A DNA stretch of 64,000 nt from the NCBI GenBank assembly GCA_946965045.2, contig OX337229.1, positions 3,410,001 through 3,474,000 on the forward strand, written 5' to 3'. Under the pieces are notes generated by a model. It was not told the origin of the DNA. It ran no database searches and was given only the letters and a program-made list of their open reading frames with translations. This document shows, one piece after another, positions 20,343 through 31,700 of this stretch. Position 1 is the stretch's first letter. Each line of letters starts with the position of its first letter. The stretch comes from Epithemia pelagica (Eukaryota > Protista > Bacillariophyta). Made by a program: the position numbers and the translations under genes.

Positions 20343-21407
20343 ATGATGTTGCCTTTGGTGGTGTTTACATTCTCGGTGGGCGCTGCGTCTTTACTCAATG
20401 TACAGCATGGATTGCTGGAACAAAAATCCATGACTACGACAATAAGATCCTTTTCATTATTGTCAATCCCAACTGTTCCGACGCGAAAACATGCAGTTGA
20501 GCTTCGGATGGTTGATTCAAGCGATGACTTCTCTTCAGAGGAAAAGTCATTAGTTGAAAAGTTATATGACAAACTCCAAACAACTACCGATGTTAACGAG
20601 GTTCTTCTGGAGGATCTTCCATCGTTACCCCCTGCCCTTATTCTGAAACTTCGACAACCAGTCGAGCATGCCAACGAAGCCATCAGCTTTGTTTCGACCA
20701 AAATGGCTTCTTTCCTGGATAGTCAACTTCAAGAAGCGAAGCTCACACTCCAAGAGCTTCTCGATGCTGGAGAAATTCGTAAATTGGACAGTCTTATAGG
20801 AAAGGCGGCAAGGTCGGGTAAACTCAACGCCGCTTTCTTCAACGTCCTTAGCGTCAATTTACAGGACGCAACTGCTTCAGTGTCCCTTAAAGAAGATGGA
20901 ACACCAGAAGATGGCGATGGCTCTGCCAATAGGATGAATATTCTTCAGCATGTATATACACGATGCCAAGAAGAAGTTGAAAAATCAATACCTCCAGGCC
21001 TCGCTTTACTCAATAAACTTATCCGTCAACCACAGGCTTCGATCAGGAAGAACCTCTACGAGTACTACTTGACGCCCCAATCGAACCAAATTACCACCCC
21101 AGATGGAAAACAGTTGGAATTGAAAGGAGAGTCGCCCCCCTTAGTTTCGCTGGATGAATTCATTTCCGCAATTGCACAGACAGTTCGACAAATCAGGACT
21201 GCCGAACGAGCTGGGGCATCAGATAGGGTATCGTCGGCTGCGATGGTCGAATCGTGCAGACAAATTGCCAAAGAAGCTCGTATTGTCATTGCTGAGAGGT
21301 ATGGAGTTGAATCAGATGAAATCGCTTCTTTCCAGAGTGGCCTGCAACCAGTGTTCCGACCATCATCGGCTGATTCTCCCTACATAACGGGAGAGACGAC
21401 CAGCTAA
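20343..21407 (+). CDS. Probable plastid protein, PALE CRESS/At4g37920-like helical domain
   Basis: Hydrophobic leader from ATG 20343. ILQHVYTRCQEEVEKSIPPGLALLNKLIR resembles this plant plastid family (by-eye similarity only). Confidence 0.45.
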   Translation: MMLPLVVFTFSVGAASLLNVQHGLLEQKSMTTTIRSFSLLSIPTVPTRKHAVELRMVDSSDDFSSEEKSLVEKLYDKLQTTTDVNEVLLEDLPSLPPALILKLRQPVEHANEAISFVSTKMASFLDSQLQEAKLTLQELLDAGEIRKLDSLIGKAARSGKLNAAFFNVLSVNLQDATASVSLKEDGTPEDGDGSANRMNILQHVYTRCQEEVEKSIPPGLALLNKLIRQPQASIRKNLYEYYLTPQSNQITTPDGKQLELKGESPPLVSLDEFISAIAQTVRQIRTAERAGASDRVSSAAMVESCRQIAKEARIVIAERYGVESDEIASFQSGLQPVFRPSSADSPYITGETTS

Positions 21408-21457
21408 GCGCTAAAGTGCACACCAAGAAGGTCAAGAAAAAACTGGACTCGCTGTCC

Positions 21458-22205
21458 CTACGAAGGCGTGTTAAAATATCTGTCACCATAATCTCCAAGC
21501 CCGGGAACAATGAATTTCTCTCCGTTCAATCCATCGTCAACGCAGGCCGTCACAATCTTGACCGATGGATATTCTTGAGAAAGCTTTTTCAACCCCTCCG
21601 GAGCACATATCATATTAGCAAAAACAATTTTGTTTGGGTCGACTTGATGATCCCGAACAAGGACGTCTAGTGCCATCTTTGCAGAACCACCAGTGGCCAA
21701 CATAGGATCGCAGAGTAGCACGTACATCGATTGAATTCCATTCGGCATTTTTGAATAAAACAGTTTCGGCGACTTGTTAGGATCAGACTCGTCGCGCTGA
21801 ATCAGTATTTTACCGACTCTACATCCAGGCTCAATGTCCCGAACGGCATCCAATAGACAGTCGCCGCTTCGGATAATTGAAACAGCACAAATCGATGAGG
21901 GTGTGGGACCCTCTGACCCCTGAAATGTTCCGCAAGGCGTTGTAATCGTAACATCAGATGTTGGAAACTCAGCAAGAGCATCTTCGGCCAGAATCCTCAT
22001 AGCCCTTTTCGCGTACTTGACAAATTCTTCAGACGATGTCCGGACGTCTACACGCAAGAGATGATGGAACCATTAGACATGATGAAAGTTGGACAATTAC
22101 CCGTACTCCGCGATGCCCTTTGCAGGGCGTACCTCTCATCCTCGTAAAAAGAATTCGATGTGCCATCGATGATGAAACAACAACATTTTGATTCGCAGAC
22201 ATCAT
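21458..22205 (-). CDS. UPRT: Uracil phosphoribosyltransferase, exons 22133-22205 and 21458-22047
   Basis: VSIIRSG, GKILIQRDE, PRPP-binding LCDPMLATGGS, and IVPGLGDYGDRYF. An 85-nt intron adds the MMSANQNVV...RILFTRMRD N-terminus. Confidence 0.95.
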
Positions 22206-22373
22206 TTAGATGTGCGCGTTCGATCGGAAAGCCTTGCCTGGGGTATACTGTGGGACTGTGCGGTATTTGGCGGAGGAGCGAGAATAACCTTACAATACGG
22301 CGTAGAATGTTGGATGAAAGACGAAAGCTGGCGAAATCAGAATTGTGGATTGTGGTATGGATTTAGGCCCTAG

Positions 22374-22466
22374 CGGAAGGGTGAGTCCTGGTTGAGTGAT
22401 TCCGGAGTGGATTCCTGAGTATAAGAATGCACCCTCTCTCATTCACGACCAGGACTCACCCTTCCG
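22374..22466. mobile_element. 93-bp MITE-like element with CTAG flanks
   Basis: Perfect 19-bp TIR CGGAAGGGTGAGTCCTGGT (22374-22392 / 22448-22466). CTAG at 22370-22373 and 22467-22470. Confidence 0.7.
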
Positions 22467-22933
22467 CTAGGAGGTAATTATGGACTTGCGACTGGGTCTG
22501 GGTTCCGTTTCCGTTCCGTGTACTTGATCTTGATTCGCAGTTCGCATTGCGCACTCTGCACTCGTGCGTCCCCCAGCTGCTGTAAAAGTTCCACATTCAA
22601 GACAAGAAGTTTGAACGTTGCTGTGAATGAATACACGAGTACGAGTACGAGGATATTGTAAAGCGTAAAGCTCGTATTTCGAAGGTATTGTACACGAATG
22701 AACATACGAAAGCATACGAAATGTTGACTGTGTTGACTTTCCTGTATGTTGGATGGTCTGAAGTCTAAAGTTTCAGACCAGCATGAATCTCTTGGAGAAT
22801 CTTTTGACGAACAACGAACACCAATCATAGGCAAGACGGCTCAATCCTCATCCCGGGGTCTTGCGCGTCGCTTGAACGACATCGTTCATCCACAAACCTC
22901 AAGACTATCTCCTTCTTGGTCAAGATTTGAAAG

Positions 22934-23854
22934 ATGATTGTGGCTTCCGTAAATTTCTTTGCTCTCTTAATGTGGCCAGCCATGGCTTGGCCGAATGTTG
23001 AGTTGGAAAAGCGCGAGTATAAGACAATGTTGACCGCTTCCGACTACAACGGTAACTCTCCTTGTGCCTCTAGTCCCTCTGCCTTGTCTACATTGGCCAC
23101 TGATTTGGCCTCGGCGGCTACCGCCGTTGGAATTACCTCAAGTGGATCCTTCTCGCTCAAGTCAGGAATGCCTCGCACCGTCAAGTTCTACGATACTCCC
23201 AGCACTTGTCGCTTGTACAATAACAACTTTGTTTTTCGCATGCGACAGAAGACAGGCGAAACAGACTGGGAAGGCACCCTCAAGGTTCGTAGTGGTGATC
23301 GTTACTTCTCCTCCTACCGTAGATCGGATGTCAACAGCTGTGGAACAACGGATCTAGGAGGAAAGTTTGAAGAAGACCTGAACTTGTCGTGGCAGTCCAA
23401 GTTCTCGTACAGTCACAAATGCGAAATCAGCGACTCCAAGAACATTAACAAGTTGAATGACATTACGGACACCTGGGATCAGATTGACAATGTCTTTGAT
23501 ACGGAGTTTGGTTGGACCTTGACCGATTCCATTAGCAAGGTTAGCAATCTGGAGGTGACGGAATGCGTGTATGAAGGATTTGAAGTTGATTTTGACAATG
23601 GTGATGACGATGAAGTGGGAGAATTTGCCGTGACTCTGTGGTACTCAAGCAGTTCTGCCAGCAACCCTGCTCTAGCGGAAGTCTCCTTCACAATCAAGTC
23701 TACGGGTAGTGTCTTGGAAGACTGGAATGAAAACACAATCATGAATGCCCATGCCTTTTGGAAAGAAGTCAGTAGTAGCATTACTCAGATTGACACCAGT
23801 TCCTCCACCAAAACCGCGTGGGTGTACAACTACAACGCCACTTGGTGCTCCTAG
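22934..23854 (+). CDS. Secreted CYTH-like (triphosphate tunnel fold) protein, intronless
   Basis: N-terminal signal peptide. REYK, FYDT, FRMR, LKVR, KFEED and EVSF pattern typical of CYTH-superfamily proteins. Confidence 0.6.
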   Translation: MIVASVNFFALLMWPAMAWPNVELEKREYKTMLTASDYNGNSPCASSPSALSTLATDLASAATAVGITSSGSFSLKSGMPRTVKFYDTPSTCRLYNNNFVFRMRQKTGETDWEGTLKVRSGDRYFSSYRRSDVNSCGTTDLGGKFEEDLNLSWQSKFSYSHKCEISDSKNINKLNDITDTWDQIDNVFDTEFGWTLTDSISKVSNLEVTECVYEGFEVDFDNGDDDEVGEFAVTLWYSSSSASNPALAEVSFTIKSTGSVLEDWNENTIMNAHAFWKEVSSSITQIDTSSSTKTAWVYNYNATWCS

Positions 23855-24160
23855 ATCGAGTCATCTAACGATTAGATGACCATCTAACTACTAGACGATG
23901 CACTCCGACTCAATATCAAGTACTTTTATTCAAGAAATATTCTTTCTTGCAGTCCACGACAGCGAATCTACCATTGACGATTGATGCAACTACATTCCTC
24001 GTTTACTTTAGCTGTATCTCTATCTTTCAAATCTTTGGTGGCATATGATGCTTAGACGAGGAAAAACAAATCGCAAGTGATTGTATGTATTCTCCACTGA
24101 AAGAGCCTACTCTGGAATACGCCCGCCTCGACTCGAAACGAAGCGTTTGGCTCAATGTGG

Positions 24161-25731
24161 TTATGGAAGCTGCTTGTCTTTGAAGCGGCGCTCAGCACGC
24201 TTCGATTCTTTGATCACGGCTGCCCCGATTTGGAAAACTCCCAGTTTTCGGAGAGCTTCATTGCGTTTGGTGAGTTGAGTTTTCAGTCCATCAAGCCGTT
24301 TCTGTTCTTCCTGCAAGATGCTACCAGTTCTCCGAGCTACGCTTTCACGGGACTCCAGATGAAGTTTCGATTCGTCAGCGGTACCCTGGGCGTCGACCTC
24401 ACGAGCTTGCAAAAGCGCTCTCTTGGTTTCATGGTCTTTGCGGATACTCTCACGTTTGCTTCGAAGCTGAGAAAGTCTTGTCTTCTCGGTTTCAAAAGTA
24501 CGTGTTACCACTGAGCTGTTCATTTTTGCCAAAATAGCCATCGCAGCCTTCTTTTCCTCCAATATGTCTTTGTGCTCTGTAAGGGAAGGAAGAATGATTT
24601 CAGCCTCCTTCTTTATATTGTCTGCCCTTCGCTGATGGGCTTTTTCCAGCGCCTCCTGAATCTCGGCATTGTTTTTTCTCAATTGGTCGATTTTTTCCTT
24701 TGCTCTAACAAGGTCGTCTTCTGCGGCCTTTTTGGTAGCGTAAAGGCTGCTGCGCTGACAGCGTAGACTTTCTCGGGTTTTTTGTTTCTCTTCCTTGTCG
24801 CTGAGAAATGAGGCAAACATTGCGTCTCTGATTTTTAGGGCTGCAATGCTATCTTTTATCGATTCTTCCCGTTTTTTCAATTGATTCAACATATTTTCCA
24901 CTGCGCTGTTCTCTGCCGCCGCCTCTGTACTTTGTTTTTTAGCAGAAGTTAGTTTTGCATGGGTTTCCTCCTGTTTTGACAGCAGTTGTGAACGCTACAG
25001 TAAATGAAATCGAAGTATTGGTGAGGTGGAACTGAGGGGCTCTGTGCAAAATTTGAAAGTAAACATACCGAATCTGATAGTTCCTTCTCGGTTTGTTCAA
25101 GTCTTTTTTCAGCAGATCTGGTCTTAGAGCGAAGGGAGTTGTATCGAGCTTTGACTTCTTCCAGGATTTCAAGTTTCGTTGTTGTGGAAGAGATCGAAGT
25201 TTGGAGCGACTCTTCGAGTCCAGCGATTGCGGTGCTACTCTCCATTTTCTCAGCTTCCTCCTTCAACGACAACACGGCCTCTGCCTGACAAATGAGAGAC
25301 TTTTGAATATCATCAATTTGATCACGCAAACTTTCCACCCGCTTCCTTGTCGACAGTGCAGAAAGCTTGGTCGGGAAGGATCTTCCTTTTCTAGTTCCCT
25401 CGGAATCGATGGCTTGCATCAACAATTCAGTGTTTAGAGTCGTGATCAAACCATCAACTACCCCATTGTCCATTGTAAGTCGTTCGAGCGCTTCCTTTTC
25501 GGAAGATATGTGGCTTTGCATCTCCTTGGCAGAATTGGAACGATCTTTTTCGGCTTGACTTTGAATTTTTTCCTCAAGCGTTATTCCATGTGAGAGTTGT
25601 TCAGACGCCTTGGCGATTTCCTCTGTTTCGGCAACTGTCGATCGCCTGAGTTCATCACTGAATGATGCAGAGGATCCGAGCTGCAGTATTCCACTGTCGT
25701 CACCTGCATTGTTTCCAGTTTCATTCATCAT
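24161..25731 (-). CDS. Long coiled-coil protein, exons 25069-25731 and 24161-24994
   Basis: GT-AG intron 24995-25068 joins the two ORF-track fragments in frame (ELSDS|RSQLL). E/K/R/L heptad-rich composition. Confidence 0.7.
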
Positions 25732-26101
25732 TTCTTGCACACCAAAATCGAAACGAGCGGGGAAACAGAAGATGGCACAATCTCGCAATATCTTGCTCCT
25801 ACAAACTGCTGTCGTCGACAGAAGCCGTCAAGTATGTTATTCCTTTGTCCCACACAAAAGGGCCAAGCACCAATGCGACGGTGTCAATTGGAAGTGGAGG
25901 AAGAAGCTACATCGAGCGTCGAGAGTCGAGAGGGAGGGTGTATTTTGTAATAAGTTGTCTCGGCATGCGCGAATGGATACTTTTTGAATTGCCCTCACGC
26001 AAGCCAAAATCTATGTGGAACGAAGAAAAGCGAACGACAGCGACAGCTTCCAGCTTCATCAGGACGACGACAAGAAATAACATCACAGAATTCTCGTCGG
26101 C

Positions 26102-27874
26102 ATGAATCAAAATGATGTCGCTTGCCCCGATGACCATTGTCAACGAGATCCGATGCCGTGGACAGAAATACCTCGGAAGAAACAGAGAGTTCTTCCAGCC
26201 TCTCAAATTCTGATTTCCACTATTGATGGGACGCGATCGCCATGTCCGCTGATCAGGGACTTTCTTAGGTCATTGGGAAAGAGTGACAACGGGAAAGAGC
26301 AAAAGCTTCCAGAGGAACCGATTGCTGAGGAGAACAGCATTAGTGAAGAAGTAGAAGTATCAAGAGACCAGATCCAGGGTAGATCGATCGACGATTCTGC
26401 TCATTCTTCTCTCAGCACAGGGCAGCACCGGCGTTTCCTCCAGCTTTCTGAAAGAAAATCGGAACGCGAGTTGATTCCCCAAGTAAGATATGAATTCAAG
26501 AAGCTCCGTTCTCTTGTTGAATCTGAGCAATCTCTCTACTTGGAGGCGTTGCTGTTTTTCTGGCAAGCACAGGATGAAAGGCTTTCCATAGGCTTTCGAG
26601 GAGGTGAAGTATCGAGTTTTGTGCAGCATGCCGCTCAATGCCGCACGAATATGAAGATGTGGAAAGGTATGGGCTTACCAGCACGATTTGGTAAGCACTG
26701 CCAAATCATAACTGTGCCCTTGAACACTACTGGAGGGATTAATGTCCTTGATTCTGTTCAACGTCATCCCATATTCTTTTCTACTACAGAAGCCAATGCC
26801 TGCGAACATAACCCACAACTGTTGCCAGAGGGATCCCAGATTCCCTTCTTTTCTACTACAGAAGCCAATGCCTGCGAACACAAACCAAACTTGTTGCCAG
26901 AGGGATCCCAGATTCCCTCGCCATCAAAGGAAAGTGCGTCGGACGATTCTGTTCTGAACGACCCCGAGGCACTTAGAATTGCGAAGCAACATGAAGTAGA
27001 TGTTGTCATTGGCGAATCTACGCTCGCGCTTCTTATCCGAGTTGATGAAGTTGGATCATGGTTGATACCCACCTCTCGTCCCTCAGACGCGCCAAATGTG
27101 CTCGTAGTTGGGGACCCAATTATCACAACGTTCGCGTCACCAAGGGAATGTTTGACAAAAGGGTATCGAGATGCTCTCATCGAGGATTTCCGTAACCGAA
27201 CCAGAACCTGTCATCACAACAACAACGACTCACCGAACATAAGCACATCGCTCGGTTCTGAATACGTCATTTGGACACTACCTCCAGTGCGACAGAAGAA
27301 GCACAAAATTCTTGTCCGTCGGGAGAACAGGCTCATTCAACAAGAATCTGGTCCATGCGTTCGTTTGCATGTACACCTTGAATATTTTCCGGAGAGAGGA
27401 CACGAAATCTCCAGTAATGCTGATATGGCGCTTTGCATGCTTGAGTTTTTACTGGAGCCCTTTTCTCGCGTGGCGCTCGCAAAGGTAAACCCAAACACGT
27501 CAACAATCATTGGGTGGGAAGACGTCAGTCTAGCACAAACTCTGACACGAAGCGCTTCGGCGACAAGGATGCTCTCCGACGGTGATCAGTCTTGCAGCAA
27601 GAGGTGGCACACGTTACTGGATCTATTGGGTGCATTACCCATGATTGGACAGAAGCAACATGTTTTGTGCTTTCCAGTTGAACTAGGGGGGCGGCGATCC
27701 GTTCCTTCTATTTCTGTTCACCTACTGGATGAAGGCGAAACTGAATTCCATGTATCCGATTTCCTAAGTGGAGCCAGCGTTCCTTTGGATTCGTCTGCTC
27801 TGAGACGGTGCTACCGACCATGGACATGGCGGCATGAAAGAACGCCGTATACTTTTCCCACCAAAGAGAGCTGA
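26102..27874 (+). CDS. NARG2/ICE2 C-terminal-domain-like protein
   Basis: YVIWTL...ILVRR...HLEYFPERGHE...LLEPFSRV resembles the NARG2_C pattern. Confidence 0.5.
   Translation: MNQNDVACPDDHCQRDPMPWTEIPRKKQRVLPASQILISTIDGTRSPCPLIRDFLRSLGKSDNGKEQKLPEEPIAEENSISEEVEVSRDQIQGRSIDDSAHSSLSTGQHRRFLQLSERKSERELIPQVRYEFKKLRSLVESEQSLYLEALLFFWQAQDERLSIGFRGGEVSSFVQHAAQCRTNMKMWKGMGLPARFGKHCQIITVPLNTTGGINVLDSVQRHPIFFSTTEANACEHNPQLLPEGSQIPFFSTTEANACEHKPNLLPEGSQIPSPSKESASDDSVLNDPEALRIAKQHEVDVVIGESTLALLIRVDEVGSWLIPTSRPSDAPNVLVVGDPIITTFASPRECLTKGYRDALIEDFRNRTRTCHHNNNDSPNISTSLGSEYVIWTLPPVRQKKHKILVRRENRLIQQESGPCVRLHVHLEYFPERGHEISSNADMALCMLEFLLEPFSRVALAKVNPNTSTIIGWEDVSLAQTLTRSASATRMLSDGDQSCSKRWHTLLDLLGALPMIGQKQHVLCFPVELGGRRSVPSISVHLLDEGETEFHVSDFLSGASVPLDSSALRRCYRPWTWRHERTPYTFPTKES
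26774..26917 (+). repeat. In-frame 72-bp tandem duplication (24 aa x2)
   Basis: FFSTTEANACEHNPQLLPEGSQIP followed by FFSTTEANACEHKPNLLPEGSQIP. Confidence 0.95.
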
Positions 27875-27878
27875 TTAT

Positions 27879-28400
27879 TCATTTCTTATTCTGTGTATTG
27901 ATATTGATTCGTTCTTCCAGTTGCCTCATGTTCTCACGGACACAATTACCCAGCTTGCGTTGGACATCTATACAAGGAAAACCTTCTTCATCACTAATTC
28001 CTGGATTTTGTCCGGGCTCATAGAACGTCTTTCCATGAGACAGTGTGTTGATGGTTCCGTACTCCTCAAGACAGTTTCGGACTTCCACCATTTCAGATCC
28101 ACATTTCAAACAAACCGCCAGGCATCCATACACAGCATGCTCCTCTCTAGCACAAGAATGGCCTTCCGGTTGGTAGTCTCTCCATTGAAAATAACGAACT
28201 GAACGAATTCCCATAGGTATATCTTCAAGTCGTGGTCGATCTTCCTTGTTGTCTCGGCATTGTCGGAGAAGTTCCCGGAGAGCCATACATTGTTGCATTC
28301 GTTCAACCCGCACATTATCTCTCATAGACATAAATCTTCTCACAATTGAGCCGAAAAACTTCGGTCTTGAGTTTTCGTTGCCGCCTGTTTCCTCTACCAT
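27879..28400 (-). CDS. Quadruple CX9C (CHCH-like) protein, probably mitochondrial intermembrane space
   Basis: Four CX9C motifs: CMALRELLRQC, CAREEHAVYGC, CGSEMVEVRNC, CIDVQRKLGNC. Confidence 0.6.
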   Translation of the reverse strand: MVEETGGNENSRPKFFGSIVRRFMSMRDNVRVERMQQCMALRELLRQCRDNKEDRPRLEDIPMGIRSVRYFQWRDYQPEGHSCAREEHAVYGCLAVCLKCGSEMVEVRNCLEEYGTINTLSHGKTFYEPGQNPGISDEEGFPCIDVQRKLGNCVRENMRQLEERININTQNKK

Positions 28401-28795
28401 ATTTTTAAAAGGTATTTTATTGGTTATGGTGATGGTGTCGGATGTGTTCAGATTTCAGATATCACACGGAGTGTACGTTGAGCATCTTTGCGTTTTGCGT
28501 GATCTTTACCACCGAGAGTCTGTGTGGAGGGTAAGGTTACGCCCCCTATGAATCTGGGGACAATTTAGGGTTCTCCTTTCTGCTGCTGTATGTTCACCTA
28601 TGATCACCATTTTTCCCGTATCAATATCGCGGGGGATTTAGGAATGGCTCCCCCTTCAAAGTTGGGGGGGAAGCGAAGGGCGCTTGTGCTCCGGGTCTCG
28701 GTGGAAGATCTCGAAAACGAGGAACGGAAAAAAGACGCAACGGCAGAGTTGACAGATTTTCGTATGTTACATCATTGCGCGCTTGTCACCAAACC

Positions 28796-31700
28796 ATGGA
28801 TCCTAGTGAGAGCTACCCGGATGAAACACTCGAGAACACAGCCACGTTCTCGAAGCACCTTCACCAACAATGGAAGGTTCTAGTCGACCCAGATGTTCCT
28901 CGAGAGCAACGGGTGAAACAGGCTGAACTTTTAAGGTCACTTTTGTGGGAGCCGGATGGGTACATTACTTTTAAAGGATTAACGAAAGGTCTTCTTCCCG
29001 CGCTGGATTGGAACTCAAGCTTTCGAAAGGCTTACTCCCTCTTGATGTGGGTCCGACCTCGCCTTACCGACGAGACATTGGAACTTTCTCCTGAATCCGA
29101 AATGGAGATGTCGCAAACAAGAATGCTTTATCGATTCAGTTCTCATGCGGACGATTCAAGGGCGGTTGGAGTTTGTGTCAACATGTCTGATTGGCATGCA
29201 AGCTCTGATAAGACGACCGTCGAGACAACGTTAACTGCATACTCACTTCCTCATCTCAAGCCACGGTCGGTTGTCGCTGCAAGCATGGCAACATATTCGT
29301 CGTTTGTACGGGTTAATGTTTCTTTGAAGGTCGGAGAATGGCAGCTTTTGGGCATAAATCATACGTTCCCTTATTTGAAGAGGCCTGTTTGGTCCATTGC
29401 AGTTGATGGGCTCGTTCAGGGACAAGGCGAGCTTGCGTATCCAATTTGTGAGAACAAGGTGGAGATGGAGGATAACCAAGTTCTGCATAATGTTGTTGTC
29501 GGAGGCGCCGAACAAGAAGCTATCCCTGACAAGACGGACGATCAAAAATCCGCGTCTGAGCTAAACGCCAAACCACCTCCAGAGAGAATAGGACTTGAGT
29601 TGGATCTTGCTAGTCTTGCCCTATACCCTGATCCCATCAGCACTTCCATCCAAGCTGTTGTTGCGGAAGCTGGCCCTAACCTTTCTCTTCAGAAGGGAGG
29701 TCGGATTCTGCCGACTCTTCCTCCTATTCCAAACTGGTCGAAAGGCAGCAGTATGGAAGGACCTAAAGTTGGTATTCCTCTCACAGTTCACTCGGCCGCT
29801 CTTGATCTCCAGCGGCTCAGTGGGAAATTCATTTTCGGTATCTCGGCTTTGTCTGCCCGTGTCTTAGGTGAAGTGGGATCGTCGCAACGTCTTGTCTGTC
29901 CATTGTCGCTAGTTGCAGGCTCCACAGAAAGCACGCCTCGAGTTGGTTTGGTGCGACCCGCTGAGCCAATTCGTCTTGCTGAGGAAGATCTTCCTGTTCT
30001 CTATCTCATCGGAAACTCTTCCGTCTTCCATGCTATATCCAACTACTTATTGAATATACCGGATGCTGTTGATTTCAGCAACGAGAATCTCGATGAAACG
30101 ACGAAGAATCTTTCTGTGGCGCTTCAAGAGCAGAATACGCTTTCTCTGTTGGTCATGCCTTTTTTTCTCTCATTGTGTCCTCCTGGGCGACTTTTTGAAA
30201 TGCACAAATCTCTCTACATCGCGAGCATCCGTCAACTTTATGCCCTGTACTCGTCAGATGGCGAATTTGCTGCACTTCTGATTTACATGTTGGCTGACTA
30301 TGTGCGAACGGGAGGGGCAAGATCCCACGAAGAACTTCTTCAGGGTGGAATCCTACATATCCTTTCCGCTTGTTTAAGACTTAGCCTGTTGAGGTGCCAG
30401 AAAGTGAAATTCTTCCGCGATCCACCAAGCTCAGTCGAAGTCTTACAGAAGCGTTTTGAGACTTTATCAGAGGAGATTTATCCGCAGAATCGACCTGACG
30501 GAACAAGTCCGTCTTATGTTCCTGTTAAGGTCGCTGAAGCCTGCGTTGCACTCCTTGGCGCATGTTGTGGCCGCACAAGTGAGGAAATGGACCGGTTGTC
30601 GCCTGCGATGCAGATTCGGCGGACGTCAGACTCCGCTCTTACGGCGGTTTTTGGTTTGGCATTAGATATGGATCTATGGGGTGGTGACGCTGTTGCCGCT
30701 TCTCATGTGATAGGTTTTGTTGCGCAGCGATATGGTGGAACTTCTTTCACAGCTGGGTACATATTGCGGAGTCAAGTCTCAGTTCAATATTTCCTTGATC
30801 TCGTGAAGCTCAGATTTGAAGCATCGGCCGCCTCTACGCATGTTGAAGACACAGCGCTTCAGTTCAGTTTGCTTCTACAGTCCATGCTTTTGTCGTCGCT
30901 TTCCAATCGAAGATCGATCTCGCAGGGTGAACATGACGTCTCCGCTTGCGTATCTGCGCTGACTGATTCTCCTCTAGGAAGTGTTGGTTCATACGTTGTT
31001 CTCAACGCCATGGTCGGTGTTCTTGCATGGTGTGAGGTACTTCCGAGTGAAATGTCCCGAACAGTGGAACATCCAGGCACTGACGATGAACGAAAGATGC
31101 AGCTGGCTTCTAGACTTGGTCGCAATCTCCTCATGGCGCAGTTCCATGACGTTGTAGCCCCTATGATTCTGTCCAAAACCATATTTTCAGGCGAACGGAC
31201 AATGTCCATGGCAAAATTGGCAAACGCAAACTCTGAGTACCCGGGATATCTTACATGGCACAATCACTGGCAACTCGTTCTTCTTCTCTTTTCGTGGGTC
31301 GCTTCGATAGCTGGAGCGGAGGGATTGATTGCAGCTAAATCTGCGGGGAGCTTGCTGCTCGCATCCAGTGTGGCGGGATCTCTGCGTTGCGTCTTGTCTG
31401 GAAGCAGCCAGGATCTCATGGATGGCCTTTTTCTTCCCCCGCCAGCTATTGCCCTGATGATTGGAAGTACAATACGAGATGAGTGGAGCTACACGGATCT
31501 CCTGTCCGACCGACTTCAAATCATGATGCCGCTTGTACCTGGTATGGTGATCTCACTTCTCTCCACCCTTGTGGAAGACAGCGAACGGGAAACATCGATA
31601 ACATCGCTACGAGCTCTTTTACGTGCTGTAGGTGGAACTTTCCACAGGGTCTACGGAGGATTGATCCATTCAACGGGTGGGGCTCGTCGACATGTTAAGA

